Shown: piece by piece, positions 1-12,410 of the stretch | How positions within the stretch are numbered: the first letter of the stretch is position 1 | How the letters are laid out: every line of letters begins with the position of its first letter | DNA from: Lingula anatina | Taxonomy: Eukaryota; Animalia; Brachiopoda | Assembly (NCBI GenBank): GCA_051362555.1 | Contig: CM120646.1 | Span: 7,130,001 to 7,194,000, forward strand | Direction of reading: 5' to 3' | DNA length: 64,000 bases | Made by a program: the position numbers and the translations under genes | Notes under the pieces: generated by a model | Databases searched by the model: none | What the model saw: only the letters and a program-made list of their open reading frames with translations | Told to the model about the DNA's origin: nothing

Positions 1-96
1 CGATATGATCAGGGCTGGTGTTGTACCTGAACTGTCTTTTATCGCAAGTCATATAGCGGATATCACCGTGAGCATGGCAATAACAAGTGCCAAGAT
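1..96 (-). CDS. Secreted single-VWD-domain protein, copy 1, exon 2 (truncated by window edge)
   Basis: Acceptor cttatccattccag| at 96, phase 1 matching exon 1. Reads YLGTCYCHAHGDIRYMTCDKRQFRYNTSPDHI, paralogous to exon 2 of copies 2 and 3. Confidence 0.8.
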
Positions 97-2736
97 CTGG
101 AATGGATAAGTAGCAGGATAAGTATACCAGCAAAGAACATATGGTAACGGTGCATCTGTGTGATATGCATTCATTGTCAGTTAACTGGAGCCTTTCATAA
201 AATGACTAACTAGAAAAAAGTCAGATATATTATGCACACTTTAGTCTTTTCTACGTTAGACTAATTCTGATTTATACGGGAAGTTATACTGAAACCTGAC
301 AATAGCAATGGTTGCACTCTTATGGTCAAAGGAGGAAAAGGCAGAAATTGCAATGTTAAAAAATTAAGATCATCCAATTTAAAAGCACACTTAAGTTCCA
401 CAATGCACATGCACACCCCCGATGATAGGCCCATCAATCTCCAAAAGTTTCAACTTCCTCACTCTAATGGTCTAAAAGGAGTTAACAGAAATTACAATGT
501 AAAAAGAATTTTAATTCTCACAAGAATCAACCACCCCCAGCACTGAAACGCTTAAGTGCCCATGCGCTCACACGCATTTATATATATCGGTATGCTTTTA
601 TATAAAAAACGCGTTTGAACTCACTAATATGCAAATTTACTGAAAAAATCCTTGAACTCAAATGTATCCAGTGTTTGCCACTTAGGAAAATAATTTGCTG
701 GTTCCGATGAGGAGCTTGACCTAAAAGATGCTGGACTAAACATTCTACGGGTGGGCGGGAAAGGGGGAAGAAGGGGGTTGCCTCCCCCCCCCCTCTGTAC
801 GCGGTGGGGGTTTGGTGGAACTCCCCTTGAAAAGTTTGAAAATTTGAAGTAAAATGGTAAGTTTCGGTAGTATTTCACCTGCATGTGCATTATAAATTAA
901 CGGGTATTAACGGGAACACTACATTTTTAATCTTTTTTTCAAAAGTTATGAATACTCTTGGAAATAAAAAAAACAACATTTTTATCATCACTTCTCATTG
1001 CCAAAAAGGTTCATTTAAGGTCATATATCTACCAGCCGTTAGCCCTGACGAGTACATCTCTCAATTGTCACAGTTACAGTTAAATAATTAATGAACCTTT
1101 TAAATCAAGAACTTGATGTTAAACTGTTAGTAAGCGTAAGGTTACTCAAATCTTTTAATGGTAAATTTCTAGAGTGATCACTGTCACTGCCACCACTGTC
1201 AAACAGTGAGTCATAGTCACTGACATTTTGATGTGACGGGTATCTGGCTGATTAGAGCAACTGTTTGTATTACGATCTGCAGGGCCGGCCAGCCATGGCC
1301 TTGTCAACAAAAATTATCCATGGAAATTAACTTTTCCCAGGCTAACCGCAAGGGCCTTCGCCTGGAAAGTTCATATTATTTGCTTCTTCTATTTTTAAGG
1401 GAGCTAAAGGTCTTTTTTGCCTCCATTCCCACTACTCGGAGCGGCGGAAATTTTTTAGAAAGCGAACGTGTCATAAACTAATACGACCTACTTAAAAACA
1501 TGTAAAGTCGCAGTGCTTGGGTTTTAATTATACATATTTCGGTTGAAATACCCTTTGAAAACAAATAAATAAATTGCCGAAGCACACAACACTTTACTTG
1601 GTAGAACAAATTTGGAATACAAAACATTTTTTATGGTTGTTCCCAATCATTTATTTCTTCTTTTATATTACCCCTTTTTTTCAAGTTTTCCTCAACCACG
1701 TTTTTTTCCAAGAGAGTAATGCATGGGCATGCGCATGCTTCAAGATTTTGAACTAACCATTCGAGGCAACCATAGTCTCATGACATCTACTGTAACCAAA
1801 TTTAATTTTAGTAAGAAAGTCACAAAATACTGCCACAGTCAAAGTAAGGAGATCGTCGACGAAATTTTGAAAAGAAAAAATTAGATACCCGTGTGCTCTA
1901 GTATACTTTTAAAAATACACATATATATTGACCAATGTTTTCATGATTATATTTCCCTGTTCTGTATGACAACCGATTGTGCCGTACCGACACGTCCTGT
2001 ACAAATACAATGATTGCTTAGTTAATCGGTAGGGTAAGGCAAACCAGAAATAAGTACATGTAATCTTAATGTAGCATGCACCGATCATTTGTAAGTGATT
2101 ATGTAGCTCTGAATTAAAATGAAAGCCCGTTTTCCCGATTCAGTCTTAATAAATGTCACACCCACACCCACTTGTAAAGAGGCGCCTAAGGCACAGAACG
2201 GATTGCTCGAGTCTGTCTTTGAACGCTTCATGAAAATTGTATTGTTATCTAAAGAAAAGAACAATGTCAATCTTTATCCTCAAACTGTACAACCTGCAAA
2301 GTTGAATTAACAAAGTCATCAAACTGTGGTTTTATAGGAAATTCAGACATCTGCCTTAAGGAAAAGACAATTCAAACTGTCCGATCACGTGACTTATGCC
2401 CTAGCTTTCATAAACTGAACACTAGCGTAACTCTCGCTCACTTGTTTTTTATTACGCTCCTTACATGTTTGCTTATTATTAGTCATCAACTTCTTGACAC
2501 CTTTCTCTTTTTTATTGCTAACCCTACCGAAGCAAGCTTGCCTATAAAAAGAAACAAAGAAAATATTCTACAATGCATTTATCACCCTCCGGCAATCCAC
2601 ATATTACATGTATATCTTATATTTCAACATTAGATCCCTAAAAAAAGCATTTACATGTATCTAAACACTATGTTCTGTCCATACCTAATGTAGACAATGG
2701 CCACTGTTTTGACTCACAGATTAACTCCTCTCTCAG

Positions 2737-2784
<48 letters not shown>

Positions 2785-2851
2785 TGATATTTAATTCAAT
2801 GCATTTTTCAATTATAATTACATGTACAAATCTGGTAATATCATTACTTAC

Positions 2852-3050
2852 AGTAACAAGACAGGGGTTTAACAGGAAAAGAACAGTCCCCATAGTAGGC
2901 TTGCTCTTCGGGTGTCAGTGAGTTCCACATGTCATTAAATGCAATTGATATGTTTTGTTCTTCCGGGGTAAGCTGAGCCTGGACAGAAACAAAAGCTACC
3001 ATTGCCACAGCAAGGAACATAAGCACGGCCACGTTTCTGTCTCCTGTCAT
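2852..3050 (-). CDS. Secreted single-VWD-domain protein, copy 1, exon 1 (signal peptide + N-terminal segment)
   Basis: ATG at 3050 (the ORF track starts at an upstream TTG). MTGDRNVAVLMFLAVAMVAFVSVQA|QLTPEEQ is a typical signal peptide. Donor |gtaagt after 2852. 199 nt, same length in all three copies. Confidence 0.85.
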
Positions 3051-3100
3051 CTTCAAGCTGGAATCTTTCTGGCACTGGTGTTCAAGGAGAGGCGCACAAC

Positions 3101-3198
3101 AACTGATATTTTTTCTCCTCCGCCCATCTTATATATTCATTTGTAAGTGGGCGTAAAGACCGCCTTCGCCACGGTGGCATACGAAGCATGCGCATGCG
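3101..3198 (-). promoter_or_regulatory. Core promoter of VWD gene copy 1 (TATA + Inr + NRF1-like palindrome)
   Basis: Minus-strand TATATAAG (3135-3128) lies 31 nt upstream of the A of a TCAGTT initiator (3106-3101). TGCGCATGCG at 3189-3198. Same TATA-Inr spacing in all three copies. Confidence 0.7.
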
Positions 3199-5099
3199 TC
3201 TTAGTTGCCAAAACTGCGCCTCGTCTCTTTTTGAATCTTTCCCAAAGGAGGCCAGTCGTTTGCAGAAAACCGTCATTCTAAGCATGTGTTGAGAGCGTTT
3301 TCATAAATTTTGCTTGAAAACCAATGTCGATTTCATATCTCTCAAATTACCAGACCAACATTTTCAAAGTCCAGTTGTGTCACCGTTGCTTTTTTTTACC
3401 ATCTAAAGCTTTTTGACAACATTTTAAATGTTCCTAAATTATTCCTAATAAAGAAATAGGGTAAAGAAATCGATAATGGCAATTTCATGTTTATCAAACG
3501 TCCATGTAATAATGAGCTGATTATGTAGTTTTTATAAAATACTTGAAAATGTAACATCTTCACTGTGTCAATAGAGAGGACACATCCGATTCTCAAATTC
3601 TAAATTGATATTTAGATTATGGATAAGAGACGGCATTATCAATTATTAACCTTCACTCCAGTATATCTCAACGCAGTTAGAAGTGAACGAAAATCAATCT
3701 TTTCTAGCTACACTTAATTGACATTATTTATTCAAATCATAGGAGACAGCGAAATGCATCAGTAGGCACAAACTGCGCAATTAATTGAAGTGCGTAGTAT
3801 TTTTCTAGTCAGTCGAGAAAAAAGTTGCTGGTACCAGTGACTTTTTAGAGGTAAATTAAATGTCTTCATTTTTATGTACTTTTGATGGCAATCTTCATAT
3901 TCATTTAAAAAAAGTGTAGACCACAAAACTGACAAAATGATTCATTGCATGCAGCATGGCCGCTTTGATTTTTTGCCAAGCTTTATGGTTATACTGAACA
4001 CTGTACTGGATAATGATAGAAATCATTTTAATGTCACATTAAGAGCTGAATGTTAATGTGATGCATTAAAACCAACACCTCAGTTAATTGGTATCATCAG
4101 CACAGAAGAATTTTAATCAAACATATATTTGTATTTTGTGTAACACAGAAGGGCTCACGCTCCTTACTTCTGTCACCTCTTATAGTGCCCTTGGGAAACT
4201 TAACAAGACGTCTTTGGACACAGTTTTCATTGCACTTTTCATATGGAATGAGCTTCTTATTAAGCGCTTATCCTTCAAATTAAAAGATGTGATGCCACAC
4301 GAAAGACAACTCAGCACACAAAAATACTGAATATTTTAAAACGTAGTGGTTTGTTGGTTAGCAAAAAAGACCCAGCTTCATCGCATAATCAATCAACAGG
4401 AACTTGCAGCAAACTTACGATATATTGAGTTGATTTTTCAAATTTTGTTGTACTGGAAAAATCGCCATTTTTAATAATCCTGCATGTTAAAAACAACAGA
4501 TATCCCTAATTTACACGAGGTTTCAAACACTGGTGCATCCCAAAACCACCGGTACATGTGAATTTACCCCCTCTCCCCCAGCAATTCCCTAATTCACTTT
4601 CAAAATACTTAGTTGTTTGGGATGCTAAGGCCTAGATTCAGACCTCATATTTTGACAACTAATCACTAAAACACCGATGGTTCTTCTAGTGAGCTGTAAT
4701 TACATAGCTGATTAAGATTGTGACTTCAAGATTGTATATCAAGTAGGTTTTTCAGAATGTCTTTTTTAGCGCACTCCAGCACAAGGTGTGCCAGAGTGTT
4801 GAAATAGCAAAACTAACCTACCTTTTTAAATAGTAGAGACATTTCTCCGGAAAATAACGTATTTCAGATTGGGAATTAACACGACAACATTTCTTAGACT
4901 CCATCTTTCCACCTTAACGGTACTTTCTATATTACCCTCAGCCAGCAGATAGCTAACCTAACCAAGTCAGGGTTTTGCAAGGAGCCATGTCATTGGACGG
5001 ATATTTTTAGGTTATCGTAATGTGTTCATATCAGACCAATGACAGCATACGTATAATCACCATCATTTCATGCTAAGATCCTTTCAATTTCTAAGTTCT

Positions 5100-6081
5100 C
5101 TTTAAAACATCAATATTATAAAACACATCGGGCGTCTCTACACGCAACCGGCAACAACATGTATTTTCCTTTGAATTCCACTCGTATTTATCATTTAAGT
5201 TAGATACACCTCTTAACTCCACTAACAGTAATATAATAAAGTCTATAGAATGTGCGAGGCTTTTTCCAAACACAACGCAGCATGCAGCCGTTCTTCACAC
5301 TTGCTCGCCTTCCTAATAGAGCCATCAAGTACAATCCAGGGCGGCAGATATTATAGGCACATTTTTCAATTCATAGTTAAAAGATTGACCACATTTAGCC
5401 AGTGCATATCTAGTGAAAAATCAATCAGTGGACTGGTAGAGGGTAGGGATAAGCATACTGAAAGTAGGAAAAACATCAACTGCGTTACTAATGAACACAA
5501 ACGCCAACCTTCTCCATACAATCGTTAGAAGGGCCTTATAAAACTGGACAGTACCCATGATGCGCGTATGCTGTCACCAAGTTTCTTTTACCGACCAAAC
5601 GACCACGAAGACGGGCCAACCAGTTACTAGTTAGTAAGTGAATAATGAAATCCATGCCGTGTTTTCCTTTCTATAGATACTGCTCTTAGTAAAGGATATG
5701 CCCACAATCAATCAATCAATCCAAATAGTAAGTGTACCTCTCTCTGGTGCAGGTATTGGTCCTCTAAAAGCCGATCAATAAACAATAATAATAAAGCAAT
5801 AAACTCGATCAGCGTAACGACAATAAATTAATAATAATGACGCCTACACATTAATTGAGAACGTTGAAATTTTATAAAATCTTTTTGGCATTATCTTCAA
5901 ACTGCGTTGAGGGACTTGTTTTGGCCATTTGAAAAAAGGTACGTTTCAGGTATTTAAACGTACATAGACGAAGAAACACTTTTTTGGCTGAAATCTGCAC
6001 TGTCCCCTGTAACACTGGGAAAAGATGAGCAGTTGTACTTTAAATGTACGCTCCCTGGCCATTTCCGAAGCCAGCAGGAAA

Positions 6082-6135
<54 letters not shown>

Positions 6136-6190
6136 TAAATAAATAAATAAATAAATAAATAGTGTAAAAAAACATCTTCAACATTATTCT
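5100..6190 (-). pseudogene. Probable decayed single-exon rhodopsin-class (class A) GPCR, unit 1
   Basis: Paralogous to 18050-19200. Retains a TM7/tail-like LAHSIDFIILLL...CCCR. Frameshifts and stops; (ATT)n expanded in the TM1-like region. Confidence 0.3.
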
Positions 6191-7552
6191 GTTATCTTCT
6201 CCGCAACAATGTTGAACCTTTCCTTACTTTACTTAAACGTCTATTCAACATAATTTCACACTAAAGATTTGTAAGTCATTTATATGGTAACTACGCAGAA
6301 GTGGAGTATCTGTGTTTTTACACGTTGTACTATAGCAGCATAAACTCTGCACAGCACAAATCAAAGTGAAGCACTTGAAAATTTGGCTGAAATATACGTA
6401 ATGTTAATAAAAAGGTCTCAAACATGGGCAACTTGCCATGAGTTTGCGTGAGATCATTTCTTAAATTTTATTTGCCGCATTATAATATTCCCCATTACTT
6501 ACAGTTTACACCAGGTCTTCAGTGAATCCTCCAAACCTTAAACGGTATCGTTATTAAATACGCTTCAAAGATTTAGATGTTCCCCACGAATGGCCCCTTA
6601 GTGCAATGGAAAGGCAAACCGTTTCTTTTTAAAAAAATCCCATTCATTACGACCGGTTCTTCCAGTGTGCGGGTTGCCTTAGAAGTTGGTTATAAACCGC
6701 ATCAGCTGAACAACAAAGAGAAGCTTATATATAGAGATGTTCTTCTTTTGTGAAAACAGAGTAAGAGAGTGCTGGAAATTTGGGCCTTTATTTGGACAAT
6801 TATGTCTGAATCCAGCTGTGTTGTAATATAGTGGTGGCATACTGGTGATTTCATGGCCAGATTGCATTAGAAACATCATGTATGTAGCCAAATGTTCACA
6901 AGCACAACAAAATTCTGTCTTTGCTCAAAAGTAAATAAGATAAGTCCATATGACTGAAAATTGTCATTTTTTAATTACGTAAACTAATAAGATGCAAAGT
7001 TACAATACTGGGGGAAATGCACATCCCCCATACTATATAACTGCCGTAATATTAAAATAATGAAATAGGTTAATGAGTGCAACCAAAATCAATTAAGAAA
7101 AATTTGAGAAACCACAACAGCTATTGGAGTAAAAGGTTGGCACAAATAAAAAATAAAGGTCGCCGTAGTTATATAATTTGGGGATAATCATAGATCCCCA
7201 TACTAAAGAACAACCATAATATATAATAACTAAAGTTAAGGTTAATGAGTGCAACTGACGTAAAGAAAAGTGACAATAATTATGTGAAACAACAATGGCG
7301 ATTAGAGCAAAAAGTTGGCACAAATGTAAAATAAAGGCTAAAAATCTAAGTGCAAAAGGGGAAAAACACAAGGCGAAGGCAGGTGATATGGGATGGCGGA
7401 GGGTGTCCAAATAAAAATAAAATAACAACATAAGTAATCATCCAGTGTACGGTAGCTTCTAAAACTGCACTATGGGAAATGCGGGTTAATATCACCGCAG
7501 CTAAAAAGCTGATTGACTTCTCACTTATGTAGCTCGATGGAAATAATTGCCC

Positions 7553-7584
<32 letters not shown>

Positions 7585-7607
7585 ATCACAACAAATTAGT
7601 GTGCGTG

Positions 7608-8234
7608 GACGAGGAGACTGACGAGGAGTACAATTGTAGGGTGAGGAACCTGGCTGTAAATTATGGTGCACTACATCCAAGTCCAAATCCCTTTAATGCA
7701 GCTGTATGCACCTGCAAATCCCATTGCAGTAGACTTGAGCCATGATTACTTGCAAGATATGGGTTCAGAAAACTTTCTTCAATCAGAAAACATTACAGTA
7801 ATTTCACCAGAGGCTCAAGCTGATATTGAGAGGAGGACTAGGGGACAGAGTCGAAATCCAACTTGGAAGGCCGAGAGAGAAAAGAGACTGCAGTCATCAA
7901 ATTTTAGTGCCATTTGCAAAACAAGCAATCCTCAGAAACTTGCAGCCTCTCTCATGGAGACCAAGGACTTGACTCATGTACCGGCCATCAGGCATGGAAT
8001 TGCCAATGAAGACGAAGCATTCGCTACTTATGAACAGAAAACTGGGGGAAATGTCTCGAGACATGGTATCATTGTTGGCCTGGAAAGGCCTTATTTAGTT
8101 ACCTCAGTTGATGGCATGGCTGGAGAAATAGTAGTTGAGGTTAAATGTCCCTATGTGGCTCGTGATAAATATCCCATATCCCATGTTACTGTCCCTTATT
8201 TGAAAGCAACCAACCAAGGTCTCACCCTTGATAG

Positions 8235-8302
<68 letters not shown>

Positions 8303-8580
8303 TTGATAGGTTTTACCCATCCCCGACGCATCGCAACTGATTTGTGACTGGGCCTTAACCACCCATATTATTATAAAATTCAAGGACAGCTGTATTTCAT
8401 ACAAAAAGAAAAAATTCACTGAGTAGTACACACAAATGTAGACCATAAGATCATTCCTGTGACAGCAGATCCCATTTTTATCCGTGCTATGCTAGATAAA
8501 TTGGACCATTTTTATCCATTATTTTAAGTCTTTATATCTTCAGAGAGAGTTTTTCAGGAACTACAATGTGTTAGATTGGA
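7608..8580 (+). pseudogene. YqaJ-like (lambda exonuclease family) ORF of the ISL2EU element, disrupted
   Basis: TRGQSRNPTWKAER..RLQSSNF, HGIANEDEA, PYLVTSVDG, VEVKCPY motifs. Continues as NHPYYYKIQGQL from ~8358 after a (TA)n-containing insertion. Confidence 0.8.
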
Positions 8581-9121
8581 AATAAAATGTACTTGAATTA
8601 AGTTTTAAAGTACTTTTCATATAACAATTCATACATGGTATCTTACTATTTTAGCAATTTACAGGGTTGCATTTCATCACTAGTTTACTTATCTTTTTTA
8701 TCAAGAATTGCAACAACAGGTTAAAAAACTTATGCATTTGGTAAGTAAATTTGATTTTGAGCTAAAGAGTAGATATGTTAATAAATTCTAGAGAGTCAGA
8801 GCTGCAGTGTGCGTAAGAAGAAACAATTTATGTAAAATATTATTTGAAATGTTCTAGGAATAAATGTTTTGTACAAGTGCTTGGATTCAATCTTTGGCAC
8901 ATCATATTGTATTTCTCTTACATGTTGACTTGACTGTTCACTTAAATAGATTTTTTTCATATATGTCAGTTTAACATAAGTATTGAAACATAGTGATAAC
9001 TGAAAGTATGCTTTTTCATGGTGATTTATTTAAGTCTTCAAATAATAAATGTTTTCAAAATCCTGCATTTTGTCTCTTTCAATAGTACATAATAACATGT
9101 ATTGCATCAATCTGTAAGAGT

Positions 9122-9352
9122 TTATGCTGTATTTGGGACAATGCAAGGACAGAAATTGCACAACATTAAACAAACTGAGATGATCCTGCTACCGAGTACA
9201 GTCACGACATCATTCAGAGGTTCCACCAAGGTGCGGTATATTTTTCCAAATCCAATCAATCTCTCCACATGAGTGCGTTTACTGGAAATTTGGCGAGTTG
9301 AGATTGGTTGGCAGGAGTTGGTTCACACCACGGACAAATGTTGGTATGGTTT
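9122..9352 (-). pseudogene. Harbinger/ISL2EU-type transposase C-terminal fragment
   Basis: Manual translation IPTFVRGVNQL / RQISSKRTHVERLIGFGKIYRTL...VCLMLCNFCPCIVPNTA*. RxHVERxIG is the DDE_Tnp_4 catalytic-E motif. Confidence 0.7.
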
Positions 9353-11839
9353 TTATGGAATCTTCAATAACAATTTTAATTTTGATATATTAAATATATA
9401 ACAAATTGATATTGTGTAGGGTTTACAGGCTAAAAAAAAGCCAAAGATGGTATGAATGACCTCGTTCTCATATCGAGGTGCGACGTTTTGTTTCTGTGTT
9501 ATGTGGAACCCCATCACTCCACCAAAGTTTCAAAACTTTTTGCGTTTACGCGCCAGATGCATCCTCCAGAGGGTACTGTGCGATAGCGTGGACTTAATTT
9601 TTTTAATATCGTAAGCTTATTTACTGGTTCATTCAGTGATTTTATGTGAAAAAAATCCATTTAGAATGCAAACAGTGGTTTATGATACAATTTATGATTT
9701 ATTTGTGGTTTATGATTTTATGTATCAATTTACGCCGTGCATTCGGGATGACTTTTTTCGCTTTAGATTTTATAAATTGCTTTGAAGCTGCAAAACGTGC
9801 AACGGCAGAGTCAGTTGAGGACACCAAAGGCACGTTTCCCTCACTTTAAGCTCCAGAGGTATTTTCTTCTTGTTTTACTTCTTTATAAGCTGTCAACAGG
9901 TCAGGTATTGGAAAGAATAAATCCTCTTGATGTGCCACTATAAGTTGAATTAGCCTGAGCTTTTTCCCTTAAATAATTTGTCGGATTCGCATGAAATATA
10001 TTTTCCTCGAGAACGAAATTATAAAAAAATATCATTTTTTTTTGCATTGCACTGTTTATCAATGCATGCTGCAAACAAAAATTAAGAAAAACAAAATACA
10101 TATGTTTAACAACATTTTATTATGCTTAAGCACAAGCACGGCGAAACACAGGAGATTTGAACGACAACCAATGTTTTTAAAAAATCAAAATTATATGATA
10201 CCATGTACCTGTAATACACGTTTCCAATAATAAGCACCCGCATACGCTATAAATGCCAAAGTACAATGCAGAATTTGTTTCTAGAATTTTTCTCAAATAT
10301 TTCTATGCTTCAACGGTACATACTTTTTTCGTTTTAACATTTATGGTGTACAGTTGCATAACTAAGATTGACAATTTCCTACTCAGTTTGACCACTCTGT
10401 CGAAAAAAACTGTAGAAATGAATCAAAGGATACATAGAGGTTATAGCTTAAATTAAGAAACGTGAACACCTCTATATTAATAACCATATTATATGTCCTC
10501 AGGGTTATATACAAAAATTTCAACGGTTGTCAATATTTAAACATGTAAGAAACGTCAACGAAGAACCAAAAGAATTGCGAGCACCACCAGTTTCAATATT
10601 CAGTGTTCATTGTTGATTTCCGTTCGTCATTTTGTCTTTTAGTCGATACAGGATTGCCTCCGTTTAAGTAAAGATCATTTTAGTCCGCTGACGGAAGGTC
10701 CTTTCAGAACCAAAGGATGTTTGCAAGTTGCAAGACTACGAAATAACGGATTGCTAGTTATTTGAACAGTTTCAATGGCATCACATGGGTCCCAAGTGGT
10801 CTTGTGTCCATATATTTGGATGTAAGTTTTGAGGGGGCGTCCAGCACTCCCCTTTAGCTCACACCATCGACTGAATACAGTACCCTTAGTCTCTTATTAC
10901 ATGCACGTCCATGAGCTGACCTTTTCTTCATTATCAAGAAAGCACAAAAGTCTGTTATAATTTTGACATTGCTTGTCTCCAACAGGTCATGCGATTCTCA
11001 TGCTAGTAATTATAAGCGAAGTCTTTGCTGTGCCTCGACTTTATTAATTACTTAATTACGAAATTACTTATTTCTAGAAAAAGTAAAAATTAACATACAT
11101 ACACACTGTATTTCCAAATAAAGTCATAAAGGCCATAGCTTTCAAATCAATGGCCGATATTATTACGCTTGTGATTTCATTAATACATTTGCAAACACGC
11201 CCTTGGCGTTATTTTTAATATTTGTAATTATTAATTATGGACAAACGCGTGCCATAACAGTGAAGAAATAATTCTGAAAGCTATCTCAAAGCATTTTAAA
11301 GAGCCAGAAGTAAGATACGCGCAAAAGTAGTTCGCAGTAATTGGAGGCGTCCGGGGTCTTGTCCATTTACGGCCACCTAAAAGGAAATGTGTCATTAATT
11401 ACTCCGCTTGCTTTTCTTCTTATCTATTTGGTGAGCACAAGGTGATATTGTTAAGAAACATTAAATTTTGAAAGCAGGGCGCCAAGAAGGGTTAAGTATT
11501 ATACATTTAGCTTTTAATAAGATCTAGACTAAGGCACATATTATACCGAGCCACGTGGAAATGATTTACTTTAAAGGGAAATTAACATTTAAGTGGGTCA
11601 CTAAGAAAGGCACTCCATAAGTAGTAATGATAAGAAAAGGAAAGTTATTCAGTTTCAATTAACTTGTCAACATAAGTGAAACCAGGGCGCTCCCCCTTCC
11701 TTTCATAAATCAAAACGGCGAGTTCTGTTCCCTTCCAGGTACGTCACAAAATATAAAACCCACAGAGAGCAGTTTAAAGTCATGCATACTACAACAAACA
11801 TAATATTATACAATTCGTTAAGATAGATTGAAAGGGAGT

Positions 11840-12068
11840 GGAGATTACCCCCTCAAGTAATGCCCTGAATTCATCAGTAATGGTTAATACCAAAAGATTA
11901 TAATACACGGGGGGTGTAGAGATGGGGTTAGTTTTCCCCCTCGCTTAATGCCCTGAATTAACCAGTAAAAATTAATACAAAAGATTATAATGGGTTGGAG
12001 AAGCGGGTTAGTTTCCCCTCTCGCTTAAAGCACTCAATTTACCAGTAATGGCTAATACAAAATATTTT
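11840..12068. repeat. Three degenerate ~80-88 bp tandem repeats at the start of the VWD gene 3' UTR (copy 2; also ~28225-28456 in copy 3)
   Basis: Anchor gccctgaatt/gcactcaatt..ccagtaa..taatacaaaa at 11862, 11950 and 12030. Confidence 0.7.
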
Positions 12069-12071
12069 AAC

Positions 12072-12410
12072 TTACGGCCACAAAGGAGAAGACTCCTCTA
12101 CGAGGGGTCCCCAAGGGGTAGCATCGCTCACCGGAATGGTTAGGATGGTCTCGTCGTTAAGTGGGTCTGTGTTCCAGTCGCCACATATGCCAAGAATATG
12201 GTTGCACCAAATAGGGGGGATTACAATCACCATACAGTGACGGGCAATATAGAGCTTGATCCTGAAGAATTTGCATTCGATACAGAGATACCACCCTGGT
12301 ATGTGAGCATTTAGCCACACAACCGTGATGCGAAAATATTTCCCATTATGTAGGTCTTCAGGTCCTGCAATTGTTGTGGTCAAGATGGAGGGAGCTCCAC
12401 CATCTATCAC
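12072..12410 (-). CDS. Secreted single-VWD-domain protein, copy 2, exon 3 (VWD C-terminal half, stop)
   Basis: Acceptor ttacag|GTG, phase 0. GICGDWNTDPLNDE matches the VWD GLCGxxxxxxxxD motif. TAA at 12074-12072. Confidence 0.85.
   Translation of the reverse strand: MIDGGAPSILTTTIAGPEDLHNGKYFRITVVWLNAHIPGWYLCIECKFFRIKLYIARHCMVIVIPPIWCNHILGICGDWNTDPLNDETILTIPVSDATPWGPLVEESSPLWP

Larger units (their letters stand above)
7608..9352. mobile_element. ISL2EU/IS4EU-type DNA transposon remnant (YqaJ exonuclease + convergent Harbinger-like DDE transposase C-terminus); no termini found
   Basis: YqaJ ORF on + and DDE_Tnp_4-like C-terminus on - in convergent orientation, the known two-gene ISL2EU layout. 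Absent from the equivalent position of unit 2. Confidence 0.75.

Noticed and set aside
97-210. Cys-rich open frame upstream of exon 2 in copy 1 (DNECISHRCTVTICSLLVYLSCY) as part of the exon
   Set aside because: Copy 2 has an in-frame TGA and copy 3 a 2-nt deletion here, and no upstream AG gives the right phase. The ccattccag acceptor fits all three copies.
1040-1080. CTGACGAG as a hammerhead ribozyme core
   Set aside because: No suitably placed GAAA or flanking stems, and the motif is not conserved in the paralogous introns.
2890-2930. WNSLTPEEQAYY resembles HMG-box helix 3
   Set aside because: Too short, follows a signal peptide, and the rest of the HMG box is absent. More likely an internal LTPEEQ repeat.
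5954-6184. Poly-I, poly-N and (YI)n ORFs throughout the window
   Set aside because: They are translations of (ATT)n and (TA)n microsatellites.
6679-6920. CCACEHLATY as a SWIM zinc finger belonging to the YqaJ element
   Set aside because: It is on the opposite strand to YqaJ, outside the element boundary, and reads WEH in unit 2.
7663-8340. YqaJ ORF as a phage-derived or horizontally acquired host gene
   Set aside because: The convergent Harbinger-like transposase fragment identifies it as ISL2EU cargo, and it is disrupted.
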